A stretch of 64,000 bases of DNA from Felis catus (Eukaryota): the NCBI RefSeq assembly GCF_018350175.1, contig NC_058382.1:51462001-51526000 (forward strand), written 5' to 3'. Numbering within the stretch: the first letter of the stretch is position 1; every line of letters starts with the position of its first letter. Position numbers and translations under genes: made by a program. This document shows, piece by piece, positions 10,101-23,038 of this stretch. Under the pieces are notes generated by a model, which saw nothing but the letters and a program-made list of their open reading frames with translations, was not told where the DNA came from and ran no database searches.

Positions 10101-10317
10101 GGGTGCCTGGGTGGCTCAGTCAGGTGAGCGCCGGACTCTGGATGTCCGCTCAGGTGAGGATCTCACAGTCTTTTGAGTTCAAGCCCTGCATCAGTCTCAG
10201 CGCCGACAGTGCAGAGCCTGCTTGGGCTTCTCCCTCTCTCCCTGTCTCTCTGTTGCTCCCCCACTTGTGCTCTCTTCCTGTTTCTCAATAAATACATACA
10301 CTTAAAAAATAATAAAC
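10101..10317 (+). mobile_element. Can-SINE (older)
   Basis: GGGTGCCTGGGTGGCTCAGTC head and A-rich tail. Confidence 0.85.
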
Positions 10318-10329
10318 TTCACTGGAATC

Positions 10330-10665
10330 TGTCTCAGTCTGTTCGGGCTGCTCTAAGAGAATACCACAGCAGCGGTGACATATCAACAACAAGCATTTCT
10401 CTCTCGCAGTTCTGGAGGCCGGGAAGCCCGCGAGACCCAGGTGCCCACAGATCTGGTGTCTGGCAAGAGCCTGCTTCCTGGCTCATAGAGCGCCTTCTTT
10501 CGGCTGTGTCCTCATATGTTGGAAACCACCGGGGAGCCCTCTTCCATCCCTTTTTATAAGGGCACTGACCCAGTCATCATGGGCTAATCGTCTCTCAAAG
10601 ACCCCATCTTGGGTGTTAGATTTCATCCCATGAATGAGCGGGGACACAAACATTCAGTTCATCAC
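10330..10665 (-). mobile_element. MaLR solo LTR (MLT1A/B-like)
   Basis: 'tgtctcagtctgttcgggctgct...tctcgcagttctggaggccgggaag...ttttataagggcact' is the reverse complement of an MLT1 LTR. Confidence 0.75.
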
Positions 10666-10841
10666 GTAAACCAAAGGGGGAAAAGGGAAAAAACCTGTTG
10701 TGTCGTAGTTTGTCAGACTTAGCCCAGAGCCTGGCACATGGTGAGCATTCAATAAATATTTGTAAGAAGAAAGAGAGGAAGGGAGGGAGGAAGGACATGG
10801 TGGGAAAGCTTGAGATGGGAAGATTACATGGTTTCACTCTT

Positions 10842-11054
10842 TTTTTTTTTAATGTTTACTTATTTATTTTGAGAGAGAGAGAGAGAACGTGAGCAGGGGG
10901 GAGACAGAGAGAGAGAGAGAGAGAATCCCAAGCAGCCTCATTGTGCTATCAGCACAGAGCCCAACACAGGGCCCGAACTCAAGAAATGTGAGATCACGAC
11001 CCAAGCCAAAACCAAGAGTTGGCACTTGACCGACTGAGCCACTCAGACGCCCCC
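10842..11054 (-). mobile_element. Can-SINE
   Basis: polyT-(GA)n body. TSD ACATGGTTTCAC on both sides. Confidence 0.92.
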
Positions 11055-12469
11055 ACATGGTTTCACGCCTACCTATTTAAATACTTGCCCTCTTTTTTCC
11101 TTCTATAATATCAATGATACGATTCTAGGCACTGGTTTTTCTTCTTTCTACATTGCCATAAATGTAGCATTTCTTCAAAAGGATATGCCATCAGTCATGT
11201 GCCTCCTCCTGGCCAGCGTGAGAAAAAAAGGCAATCCCTGCATTTTACCCACTTTTCCCTTGGTCTCTGCCTTATGAAGCTGCAAGCGTCTCTTTCATGG
11301 AAAGTGAGAACATTTCAGCTCTTCTCCCACCACTGTTGATTGTTTGTGCCGTAACTGACCCCTTATTTTCTCCCCCTCTTTCCGTGCCGAGAGCGTAAGG
11401 ACACTGCCCCTCCTCTGGCATTTGAAAGCTGCATTGAGTATTTCATCAGGTTTTACTGAACAGATTCCTGACAGCTTCCCGGAGAGAGTATTTTCGTGTC
11501 CGAAGAGAAAGACATCTAAAACCCTGCCTCCAAAGCCAGGACAGGGTAAAACAGAAACAGAAAACAAGGTTTAACTTATTTCAACACGGTAGCCCGAAGG
11601 AAAGGCAAAGAGATGGAAATCTATTTACCTCCTCAAAACCCCAAGGGAAGGGCTTCCTTCCGGCCAAAGTTCTGGACACAGTACTCAGAAATCGTGGGGG
11701 AGGAGGGAGGAGGTGGAAGATGACAGAATGGCAGGTCCAAACTTTGTCCACGTTCTTTAGAGATAACCACCCAGAAAGGCAAGGTGAGCACCACACACAG
11801 AGTCAAATTCCAACCGGTGCCATGTAGCCAGATTCGTTTGCTATTTGTCAGTGACCATGCAGGAAGCAGAACCTCTTAGCTTAGCAGCTAGCTTTGGAAA
11901 TAGATTGTCATCCAACACCATTGAGGAATTGTCAACGTTCTCCCCTCTTGCGTTTTATTGCAGTCTCTCATGGCACTTCTTAGGACACGGACCTCGATTT
12001 CTTTGCTTCACAACCTGCGTGTGTGTCGTAACTTATCTGTGTGGTGAGACTCCTCCCTCCTCCTCTCCACTTGCCTCTGTGGGTTCTGCTCTGGAGGATG
12101 CTGCTTCCCTGTTCTATTTTTAGTACTTTCCCAAGACCTACTATTAAAAGTGGTTTGTTTGCCCGAAGCCCAGGAGGCTGTGTTGGAGCTAGACCTACTT
12201 ATTTCCACAACCCGACTCAAGGCCAAGTTCTGAGCTCTGTGCCCAGTGGAAGGGTGGAAGAGGGAGACTTTGCAAAAGCTCTGGAAAATATCAGGCTGCC
12301 TAAGAAAGGGAAATAACTCTTGTCTAGGTGACATATTCTCTCCTCATTCCCCCGCCACCAGGATCTCAGCACACGCAGGCTCAGACATCTGCCCCTGGTG
12401 ATTCCCTAGCTCACGTCTATAAGGCCAGCCAGGCCTCACTGAGCCTGGGCGGGCCAGGATTGGCAAGTA

Positions 12470-12855
12470 CTACTACTAACCAAAATCACCTGGGGGAATT
12501 GTAGAACCACACTCGTGGGCATCCCCATGAATATTCCAGTAAAGTGGGTCTGGGAGGAGGCCCAGACATTTGTCTCTTAACCAACGCCTGGTTGTTTCTT
12601 TTTTTTTTTCAACGTTTATTTATTTTTGGGACAGAGAGAGACAGAGCATGAACGGGCGAGGGGCAGAGAGAGAGGGAGACACAGAAACGGAAACAGGCTC
12701 CAGGCTCTGAGCCATCAGCCCAGAGCCCGACGCGGGGCTCGAACTCATGGACCGCGAGATCGTGACCTGGCTGAAGTCGGACGCTTAACCGACTGCGCCA
12801 CCCAGGCGCCCCTGGTTGTTTCTGACGTAACTAAAGATATCACAAACTGGTAGCT
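12470..12855. mobile_element. MER5-like hAT DNA transposon interrupted by a SINE
   Basis: 'aaaatcacctggggg...gggtctgggaggaggcccag...' resumes after the SINE as 'cctggttgtttctgacg'. Confidence 0.55.
12599..12811 (-). mobile_element. Young SINEC_Fc
   Basis: Near-consensus and CpG-intact. TSD CCTGGTTGTTTCT. Confidence 0.96.
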
Positions 12856-13620
12856 ATGTTCCACCATCCCTACACCCTCACTTAAATGCCAGCACTGCTT
12901 CTGAGTCCCCAAGATTTAAAGCTTCGGGGATGCCTTCAAGTCATTCCTTACTCATGGAGGAATCAAAGTATAATAGAAATAATAAAGGGCCCGCGTGAGA
13001 TTGAATCCTTGCTGTCGCGATGAGTGGTAAGTATTTGTTGCTTGTTTGATTAGATTTGTGGGTGGGAGAGGATAATTTGCCTTCGACACATTTCCATCTC
13101 CCTCTTTCTGGTTTAATCCGTGATTTAGACCTGCCCAAACTTGTAAGAGCACTTTTTGGGGGGCCAAAAATTACGGGTGGGATCTGGACTGAAGCGTGAC
13201 CTATCAGAATCATCCACTGGTGTTTATCTACACGATTTGGGAGAATGAACCCGTCTTTCAGCTGAGGTTGTCACAATGTATGACTAAAACCTGGATTTGT
13301 CGGCAGTCAGCCCCCTGAGCTCAAAAATGAAACTTACCAAGGAGGAGAGAGGGAAATAAACAGGCTCCAGCTGGTGCCCATGTAGGCTCTCCATGAATCT
13401 TGGGAATCACTACCATTTAAGCTGAGAGACCTCCTTCCGACTTTATTTCCCCCTTTAACTTGGTCTTCTAACACTTGCAACAAGAGCAATCCTGGTACTT
13501 TTGCTATGTGACCTTGAACACAAAGTCCTAATGTGCTCACTGTTGTTCACACAGAGAAAATCATCGTTCACCTATTTTTATTTTCATAAGGGTCAAAAGG
13601 AGCAACACGTATAAAATGTC

Positions 13621-13840
13621 TGGAGCCACCTGGGTGGCTCAGTCACTTGAGCATCCGACTCTTGGTTTCAGGTCAGAGCATGATCTCCCGGTTTGTGAGT
13701 TCGAGCCTTGCGTTGGGCTCTGTGCTGACAGTGTGGAGCCTGCTTGGGATTCTCTCTCTCTCCCTCTGTCTCTGCCCCTCCCCTGCTCATTCTCTATCTC
13801 TCTCAAATTAAATAAACTTTAAAAGATAATAAAATAAAAA
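13621..13840 (+). mobile_element. Can-SINE
   Basis: Head, B box, CT tract and A tail. Confidence 0.9.
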
Positions 13841-14087
13841 CAGTCTGATGCAGAATCCAGAACCACCAGGGCTCAATAAATGGCAGCTCTTCTCCCCTTT
13901 CTTGAACTTCCTTTGGACCCTCTTCCTGCGGCCATGCGACTGGGCCTGTGAACTCTTGCTTACAGATGGTGTCGTTTACACGTTCCCTCATCCAAATTCC
14001 AGACGGAACCCCCAATATTTCTCATCTGATTCCACGGCCGTAGCTCCTAGAGGCAGTGCCTGGGTGTGCATTACAAGAGGATGCTCC

Positions 14088-14795
14088 CTTGTACAGCCAT
14101 GGTGGAAAACAGCATGAAGTTTCCCTCACAAAAATGAAAACTAGAGCTACCATATGATCCAGCAATTCCACTGCTGGGTTACACCACTGAAGAAGACAAA
14201 AACAGTAAGTCAAAAAGATATATACACCCCCATTTCCACTGCAGCATTATTTACAATGGCCATGATATGGGAACAGCCTAAGTATCCATTGACAGATGAA
14301 TAAAGAAGTGTATATATACACAACGGAACACCGCTCAGCCATAGAAAAGAATGAGATCTTGCCATTTGTGACCAGGATGGACCTACAGGGTATTATACAG
14401 GGTATAACGTCTGGTTATGAAATAAAGCGGACAGAAAGGCAAATACCACAAAATTTCACTTATGCATGGAATCTAAAAATCTAACAAAACAAGGCCCAGA
14501 GCCATAGAAACGGGGAACGGATTGGTGGTTGCCACAGGGCCGGGGAGCAAAATGGGTGATAAGGGCGAAGAGATGCGAACGTCCAGTGATGAGGATATAA
14601 TGTACAGCATGGGGCCTATACCAAAAATATTGTATTCACCTTGTGAGATGGCAGAGGGAAACTAGACTTACTGTGCTGATCCTTTTGCAATGCATACAAA
14701 TGTTGGATCACTAGGTCATACACCTGAAGCTAATGTAATATTGTATGTCAGCTATACCTCAATAAATAAAAAAAGGAAAAGAAAAGAAGAGAAAA
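14088..14795 (+). mobile_element. L1 (L1MA-like) 3' fragment: ORF2 end, 3'UTR and polyA
   Basis: 'tacagccatggtggaaaacagc...ctaccatatgatccagcaattccactgctggg...gtcagctatacctcaataaataaaaaaa'. Confidence 0.9.
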
Positions 14796-15172
14796 AATAG
14801 TGCTCTCTTCCCCACAGGGGGAAGGCTCGGAGAAGGGGCCAAAAGTTGGAAGATAAGCAAATTAGGACAAGAACACCCCTCTGGGCTACAGACACCTTTT
14901 GGGGACAGGATTTAGAAGCCTAGGACCTACTGGATCTCACTTCGAGTCAGCCTCAGGCAGGATGCAACCATTCATAGAGCCCAGCTGGGGGTGCTTCTCA
15001 GGTTTTTTCTTATCGGGATTGGAGAATTGACTGGAAGCAAAGATTCATCCCAGCTACCACTATGTACTGCTTCTACTTCTAAATCACCAGTTTTATCATT
15101 TCTTCCATTTACCCAGCATCCTTCCCACGTGTCGCGCTTTCTCAGGGAGCTCTTCAAAAGGCTGAGCTCTTC

Positions 15173-15400
15173 GGGGGCGCCTGGGTGGCTCAGTCAGTTG
15201 AGCGTCCCACTTCCGCGCAGGTCATGATCTTGCGGTCAGTGAGTTCGAGCCCCGCCTCGGGCTCTGTGCTGACAGCTCAGAGCCTGGAGCCTGCTTCGGA
15301 TTCTGTGTCTCCCTCTCATTCCGCCCCTCCCCCACTCAAGCTCTGTCTGTCTCTCTCTCTCTCCTTCGAAAATAAATAAACATTAAAAAAAATTTTTTTA
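15173..15400 (+). mobile_element. Can-SINE
   Basis: Typical head, body and tail. Confidence 0.93.
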
Positions 15401-15547
15401 AAGGCCACACTCTGCAGTTTTATACCATTAGTCACTTACCCCTCACTTCTGCCCCAAGTCCCCTGAAATGGTCCCCACTACGGCCAGACTCCAAAGGATA
15501 ATTTCAAAGTTGTAAAATGAGACTAAAGCGATTTAAAAATAAGTGGA

Positions 15548-15755
15548 AGGGGCGCCTGGGTGGCTCAGTCGGTTAAGCATCTGACTTCGGCTCAGGCCCT
15601 GATCTCACAGTTCCTGAGTTCGTGCCCCAAATCAGGCTCCGTGCTTTCAATGCTAAGCCTGTTTCAGACCCTCTGTCCCTCCCCTCTCTCTGCCTCTCCC
15701 CTGCTTACACTCTCTGTCTCTCAAAAATAAATAAACATTAAAAAAATAAATAAAA
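15548..15755 (+). mobile_element. Can-SINE
   Basis: TSD TAAAAATAAGT(G/A)GAA. Confidence 0.92.
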
Positions 15756-17189
15756 ATAAGTAGAAATATAAAGACCCCCACACACCTTGTTCCTTTAACT
15801 CAGAACTATTAAAAAATATTCCAGAGAGGCTTTGGCTTTAACTTCTTTAAATAGTTATAGCGTTTGAAACTAATGATCAGTGCTTCTTTCTCAGAAAGCA
15901 CTCACCTCCTAAGTTCCAGGTCATTACTGTGGCCTGTTGTGGGTTTTCCCCCTTAATTTTTACTAATCAATGATTTCCCTTCCCTTTTTGTTCCTTAAAT
16001 ATTGGTGCCCCCCAGAATATGCATCCTTGTCACTTATCTTTTCCAATAAGATCATCTCCTCCCCTCATGCGCTCAGATCCTATCTGAATCGTGGGGGACT
16101 CCCTGAGCTGTAATTCCAACCTGAGTCGCAATCCAAAGCTCCAGAGTCATGTTTCTAACCACTTACAGGGCATTTTTAATCGGATGCGTCAGAGTCACCT
16201 TAAACTCAACAAGGCACTGAGCAAAAGCCATCAGCTATCCTCCAGCTGCGGCCATCTGCCCTGAAGCCCAAACTGGGAGGTTTGGGAGCCTCCAGGATGT
16301 GGGAAGGAAGGGGGCTCAGCTGTTACCAAAACTGCTTTAGAAATGCCACAGGCTCAGTCCTCATTGCAAATGCCTTAATTTAGGCCCTTGGCATTCGGCA
16401 CCCTTTCAGACTAGAAAATGGGGCGTCTCATCCAGGGCAGACTTCCCCTGGCTGGGGGCAGAGGGGCTCCTTAGCTCCATGAGACACGTACAACAGAGGC
16501 CGTGACCCCCACCCCAGCCACTGCTGCCTCCCCGGGGGCCTGGAGCGGAGTGCACCCGGCCATCTCTGTTTCTAGTACGGAGAACTGGCTGGGACAGACA
16601 CTCTTGGAAAGACGTTGAATGGAGCCCTCGGTTGCCCAGAAGGAAACTGATCCAGACGGCTGAGGCAGGCACTTTCTATCACGTCCTCAGCCAGCCCTGC
16701 CCCGGGGAAACTCACTTCCACGGTCTCCTGTGAGGCCCGGGCTCCATAACCCAAAGGGTCGCACACCCGCCTGTGAACGAGCTCCAGCTGTTTTCTCCCC
16801 CTCCCTCATTCCCAGCGTGGCCCGTTTTTATTTCCTCCCTCCCCTAGAATGCACAGTGGTCTTTTCCTCCTTCCCTTTCTGTGTTCTTCTGCTCACATAA
16901 GTCTAAGTGTCTGGATGCTCACCCTGATCGTTAAAGCCATGCAGTTCCCCACCTCGGCTGTTGTGCTCAGCCTGGGTGCCCGGGGGCCAAGCCCCCGCCC
17001 CCCAATCCCGAGATTCTGAGTCAATGGGTCTGAAAGGGACTGGGAGCACGGTCAGGGCTTCTGACTCCAGGTGAATCTGACTCCAGGGCCAGTCTCCTAG
17101 GGATGGAGGGAGGGGTGAGAGGGATCATCCTAATCATCGGGTTAAGTGCTAGATAGATCAAGCCCTTGATAAGCAGTAGCCTCATTAAC

Positions 17190-17191
17190 AT

Positions 17192-17268
<77 letters not shown>
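17190..17268. repeat. (CT)n microsatellite
   Basis: About 78 nt of near-pure CT. Confidence 0.95.
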
Positions 17269-17270
<2 letters not shown>

Positions 17271-20200
17271 ATCCCACTACCCTGGGGAGGGGCCGAGCAA
17301 GAATAATCTTTATTCCCAGGATGCTGGCTGCGTTATCCTGGGAAGCACAGCCAGGAAGAAGCCTGCAGATGCCATAGTCACATCCAAATTAAACATTTCC
17401 AATTTTAAGCGTGCAAAGAGGTCACAGCTCCCTTGACTTACCCGCATCATCCAAAACACCACCATGATCTGGCCTTCTAGACACCCTGCCTACCCCAGTT
17501 ACACAATCCCCATCCCGCCGGGAGTGCTGTATGGAGCCTGCACCCCATTACACAGGCAATTTGTTTCCAGAAGCTGCATAGCGACTTGGCCCCACCATGC
17601 TTGAGGCTGGCGTTTCCACTAGACTGCAAGGCACAATTTCAAGAGGCAGATCATTTAAAACCAATTATTGGAACTCAACCGGCTTTTGCAATGAATTAAT
17701 TTAAGGAATCCAAGGTGCCAGGGGGATTATAGGAGAAGGGATGAGAGGGGGGTATTTCTTATTTTTCAAGCAGTCTGGGATCTATTTAGAGAGGTTCCAA
17801 ACATCAGGGGTTGTGTTCAGACTGCAACCTAATACTTTATGTTGCTCTCTTTCTGTAGAGTTCTTGTATCCCCCATGATTGGACCGAGTCTCCCTGAAAA
17901 GCTAACATTAAACTGGGGCATAATAACAGCCTCGGGACATCAGAGCCCCCTCGCTCCTGCCCTGCAATACTGGACGTTTTTATGTGCATTACATTAAGAG
18001 CTTCCAACTCTCCGGACAAAGGGGGGAAGCGCCTCCGTGGTGGGTGGCCCCAATTAAACCCTGTGCCCAGTGAATTTCCGCCGAGGCTCACTGGAAGGCG
18101 TCCAGGGCTGATTAGAAAGCAAGTGCCTCAAATGGCCCAGTGCTGCCGTAATGAAAAGCCCTGGAAAACTGCTAAATGACACGGAGGAAAATCATTACAA
18201 TTGAAACTCCCCCCCACGCCGTGCTCCCCCCGCCCCGTGCTCCCTCATGCCTAAAAAAAAAAAAAGAAAGAAAGAAAGAAAAAAAAAACATTTCTTCAGA
18301 ATTGCCTAAATATTGCTTTGTTCAATGAGCTCACTGTACAGTAAATGAAAGATCTCTCACAAACACACACAGCTTTGAACACACTGCTTTAATTATAAAA
18401 CACTTTCTTGGTTTGAAAGCACATAAAGAGAGTACAGACAAAAACAAAACAAAAACAGCCCCCCCCCGCCCCCCGCCTGAAAAAAAAAAGCAGATAAATT
18501 GCCACAGACACTATGGAACTGGCGAAGTAGGTCTACTTCGGAGGGATTGAAGAAATTACTTAATTTAAAAATAGTAATAAGGACCAGCACAAGCTCTTTT
18601 TGAAAGTCTTGAAAAACAAAGAAAAATGTAACGAAAGGTTTGGAATAATTCATTATACGCCCCTCAAAGATGACCACAGATAACATAGGATCTTCCTGCC
18701 GTGAGCACCATTTTACATAGTTGGGATCGTGTTGGATATCCTTGCGTGCACTGCTTTGTTAGACTAGTATTATATACGGAATATGCTGCAGATATGAAGA
18801 TTCCCTGCATTGTGAATGCCTGGGACATAGTCCATCAAAGGAGTATAACATAACGCCCTTGGCAAAAATTTAGAATCCCTTTTGTTGTGAGACAGCTGAG
18901 CCATAACAAATCATGGCAGCAATAAGGACATCTGCACCATTGCCCCTATAATGGGCAAGGGAGGTAGAGACTAATAACTCTTGAAGCTACTCTGGACCAA
19001 ATGCTATGCCAGGGAACGTGCTGTAGGGCAGCTTATTCCATCCTCCAGTAGCATGTGAGGGGGTTATTACTAATTTCCCCTAACAAATGAGAAAACTGAG
19101 TTCATTGATAGGTGAGGGCACCAGCCAAGGTCACAGAGCCAGAGGAACAGAGCCAGGATGAAGACCCAGGCCTGTTGGATTCTCCTTTTTTACTCTTCAT
19201 CCACATGCAGACACAAAGAAGTGTGGTTGAAAGAACAGGAGTTTGGAGCCCGAGTGTTATTTGTCTCAAACCGTGCAAAAGAGAAGTGCCCAGTGAATAC
19301 ATGTTACATCAATACCTTTTATTTATGGATACCATCACTCAGAAACCTAGGGATTGCAGCCACGAACATGAGATTCACAAGGTGGTATCTTTCCCTAAGA
19401 GCTGCATTTTATAATTCCATTTTGCATATGAAAGATATCATAGGATTAATTAATAATGTAGAATTAGGAAAAGAGAGGCGCCAGGCATCCACATATCTCA
19501 GAAAGTTCCACTGTAGCAGAGAGAGACCCCAGTTCGGTTGAGAAATGAATAATTGTGACAACAACAATGATGAAAGTTACCCTGCTAATTGACTGCTTAC
19601 TTGGTAGTCAGCCAAGCACCATGAACACTGAAAGAAAATAAGCATCAAAGTACTCTGCAAAATAGTTTCCTAAACTGGAAAATGAAAGTAAGACTGTCCA
19701 ATGCACAAAGAAGTTAGGTAATTGCCAGCCGACATGATTTGGGTAAGCGGCAATGGTAGAAACACATGTGAGGCCCATGTCACCGTCCTTTACTAGGGAG
19801 CATGATGCGTTAGGTGGGGGTAGGGTACAACCCACCCCCAACCATGCCAGCAGTAGCTTCAGGTTTCTAGGGAGTCTTGTGTGGGAAAAGAAAGCCGTAC
19901 TCCTGGAGTCCACCAGAAGATGTCTGTGTAGCCATCCCTGAAGGCTTGCCTAGATCAGCCCTCAGCTGGGAATGGGCAGTGTTTGGAATTCAGACTTAAC
20001 GCCAAAAAGGACCCTCGCAATTCACATGGGCTACCCTGTGTGTCAGAATAGTCACCCAGGAAAGTCACAGGCCCGACCCAACATGGCCTTCATATCTTTA
20101 AATTATAGGGGAAAGGAGTTGAGGGAAGCAAAAATCAAGGCATGCTGGACGGAGGAGGAAATGGAGAAGAATAAAAACTTCGAGAACAACAACCGAAGAC

Positions 20201-20416
20201 AATGACTATCGTACAGATGTAATATGAAAACAAACAATCCATTTAACAGATGCGAAGGGAGGGAATAGTGTGTGGAAAGGTAGCATGGGACATCAACAAT
20301 TGGTATGTATTAAATTTGTATAGCTATTTAACTCCTTTGACCCTTACAGAGATCGGTGATATAAATAGCAATTGATAAGCTCCAAGCTAGAGCATAGACT
20401 ACAGTCTTTTTGAACT

Positions 20417-20638
20417 TAAAAAAAAAAAAAAAAGTCTATTTATTTATTTTGAGGGTGGGGGGGAGAGAGAAAGAGAGAAAGAGAGAGATTGGGGGATGGG
20501 CAGAGAGAGAATCCCAAGCAGGCTCTGTGCTGTCAGCACAGAGCCCAATGCGGGGCTCGATCTCATGAACTGCGAGATCACGACCTGAGCCGAGACCAGG
20601 AGTTGGATGCTTAACCAACTGAGCCACCCAGAGGCTCC
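20417..20638 (-). mobile_element. Can-SINE
   Basis: Reverse-complement body ending 'gagccacccag'. Confidence 0.9.
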
Positions 20639-20985
20639 TCTTTTTGAGCCTATCAAACTCTGATCTTTATTTAAGCCAAATGATGACTGAATTCATCCTG
20701 TCCCTTAAAATGTGAACACAATGGGCATGGTCCCCAGCTCCCTTGTACTATTGGACCACTAGCAGTCTTGCCAGAATTTGAGGGATGTCCTAGACAGGTG
20801 CTTTCTCAACGTGTCTCCTGGCTCTCACCTGACTCTCAGTGTCACCAACTCTCACCTCGTCCACTCTCCTCTTTCTCCCGCATCACACAAAGAGCACCGT
20901 GCCTTGTTTCACCCAAACCCCTCAAGAGAGGCAAACTAAAAGTTTGGGGACTCAAATACTTTCATTTTTTGTTGTGGGGCAATAC

Positions 20986-21488
20986 TGTCTTAGTCCGGAG
21001 AAACAGAGCCAATAGGATCTTTGTAGAATAGAAACATAGCTCTTAGGAGGGATTGGTTCATCCAATTATGGAGGCTGAGAAGTCCATGATGTGCCATCTG
21101 CAAGCCGGAGGCCAATGCCGTGGTTGCAGTCCAAGCCTGAAGACACAAGAACCAGGGGAGCCCATTGGTATCGTTCTGGTCTGAATCCAAAGGTCCGAGA
21201 ACCAGAGCGCTGAAGTCCAAGTGCAAGAGAAGGTGGACGTCCCAGCCCAAGCACAGAGAACGAATTCACCTTTCCTCTGACTTCTGGGGCTTTTGATTCT
21301 ATTCAGGCCCTCAAAGGATGAGATGATACCCACAGGCATTGACGGGGACCTTCGGTACTCAGACTGCCCGTTCAAATGCTAATCTCTTCCAGAAACACCT
21401 TCACAGACACACCCAGAAATAATATTTTACGCGTCACCTGGGGATCCCTTAGCCTGGTCAAGCTGACACATACAATTACCCGTCACCA
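20986..21488 (-). mobile_element. ERVL solo LTR (MLT2-like) inserted into an L1 3' end
   Basis: Runs 'tgtcttagt...agaaacagagccaatagga' to 'gtcaagctgacacatacaattacccgtcac'. L1 3'-end sequence lies on both sides (20965-20985 and 21490-21585). Confidence 0.85.
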
Positions 21489-22035
21489 GTATACATAACA
21501 TAAAATCTACCATTTCAACCATTTCAAAGTGTACAATTTGGTGGCATTAAGTGCATTCCCAACATCGTGCAACCATCACCACCATCAAATGGGTTTACGG
21601 CAGAGACGAAACTGATTTCAGGCGGTATCAGATATCCCCTTCTTACAAGTCATTTGGCCACCCACCATGTGGCTGGAGATCCGCATAAGCCCAAAGGCTC
21701 TCCCTTCCTCTCTTTTCCCCTTGCTTTTTATGCAGAAGAATCTAGCCTCCAACCCCTGTCCAGGTCCAGGCCCGTCTTAGCGTATCAAATAAGTCACTGA
21801 CGTGCTCTGCAGAAATAACAGGTTGTTCTTCCCTTTGTCCCCTGGCAGTAGAGCAGAGCAACTAACAGAAGCACTGGTGTTCGAGACCCCTTTGCGCCCA
21901 CCCCATCTCCCTCCACAAGAGAAAAGAAGCTAAAAGAGTGATTTCCTCAGGCTATGGAGAGCATCATGTCCCTCAGAAGGCAGATATATTAATCTTCAGT
22001 TTAGGTGTATTACAAAAAAGTGTTGTTGCTGTTGT

Positions 22036-22463
22036 TGTTATTAGAAATAAAACTGCCGGTTATTTTACCAGCAAAAATGGGTTTACTTGGGAATTGCATA
22101 GAAAGGCATCCCCAGACGACTAGGCCAAGCTATAGGAAAGTCCACAGCACAAAGGGGAGCACCGCTCTTTTATAGAGGAAAGAGGGGGCGGGGGAACGGC
22201 TGTTGTAAAAGAAAAGGCCATTGGAGTAAATTGGGAGTTTGAACTATGGTGGCTTTTCATTGGCTGCCTTGTACCTGTCTCTCATTGGCTGGGCTGTTGC
22301 CAGGGGAGGAGCAAAGCCTTTCTTCCTCGGCTGGATGGTAGCCACCTGCAAGGACCCCTCCTCTCCTCCTGTTGGGTCTGCAATTGGGTGCTGGGCCGGG
22401 GAGCTCCCCCTGCCGGCCTCCTAGCCCCATTCTAAATGAGGTTTCCTTCTATTAATTTCCACA
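22036..22463 (-). mobile_element. Intact solo ERV1-class LTR (428 bp)
   Basis: TG...CA termini and a 4-bp TSD TTGT (22032-22035 / 22464-22467). On the minus strand: three CCAAT boxes, a GC box, CTATAAAAG and AGTAAA, in U3-R order. Confidence 0.8.
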
Positions 22464-22808
22464 TTGTCAATGTCTAAAATATAAAAGCTGGGATATATAC
22501 TCTCAACCATGGAGATAAAAACCAAGCCAGAAATCCTCATGAGTTCAGACTGACCTAATGGGTCCATTTATAAAGGTCAATCCAATAAACCATAATTGGT
22601 AGGAACCTGCGCTCGGATTTCTCTACGGGGAGCGAACTATCCCCAAATCCTCCAAAATGGGTCAATGACGGCTCTGTGGTCTTCAAACAGTGTGTTATTC
22701 TGTCCGAGGACGTATAAAATTAAACCCCAAACTAAAATAAAGTGGAACAGACTCCCTACTGGACTTTAAGCCTCTGAGATTTAGGGGCTGTGCTAATTCT
22801 GTCTTATC

Positions 22809-23038
22809 TGGTGGTTCTTGACTGGGGGCAATCCCTATACCAAAGGGACATTTGGCAGCGCCTGGGGACATTTTGGGGGACAAAAGCGGGATAGGGGCTG
22901 CTACTAGCATTCAGTGTGCAGAAGCCAAGGGCATGGCCAGACACCATACGCTGCACAGAACAGAACCCCCGCCCCCCCCCCCCACAACAAAGAGTTATCC
23001 TGTCCCAATTGGCAACAGTGCTGAGGTTGCGAAGCCTT
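22809..23038 (+). mobile_element. MER20 hAT-Charlie DNA transposon
   Basis: 'gtggttct...gggacatttggcag...ctggggacatttt...gctactagcat...acaacaaagagttatcc...agtgctgaggttg' follows the MER20 consensus layout. Confidence 0.85.
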
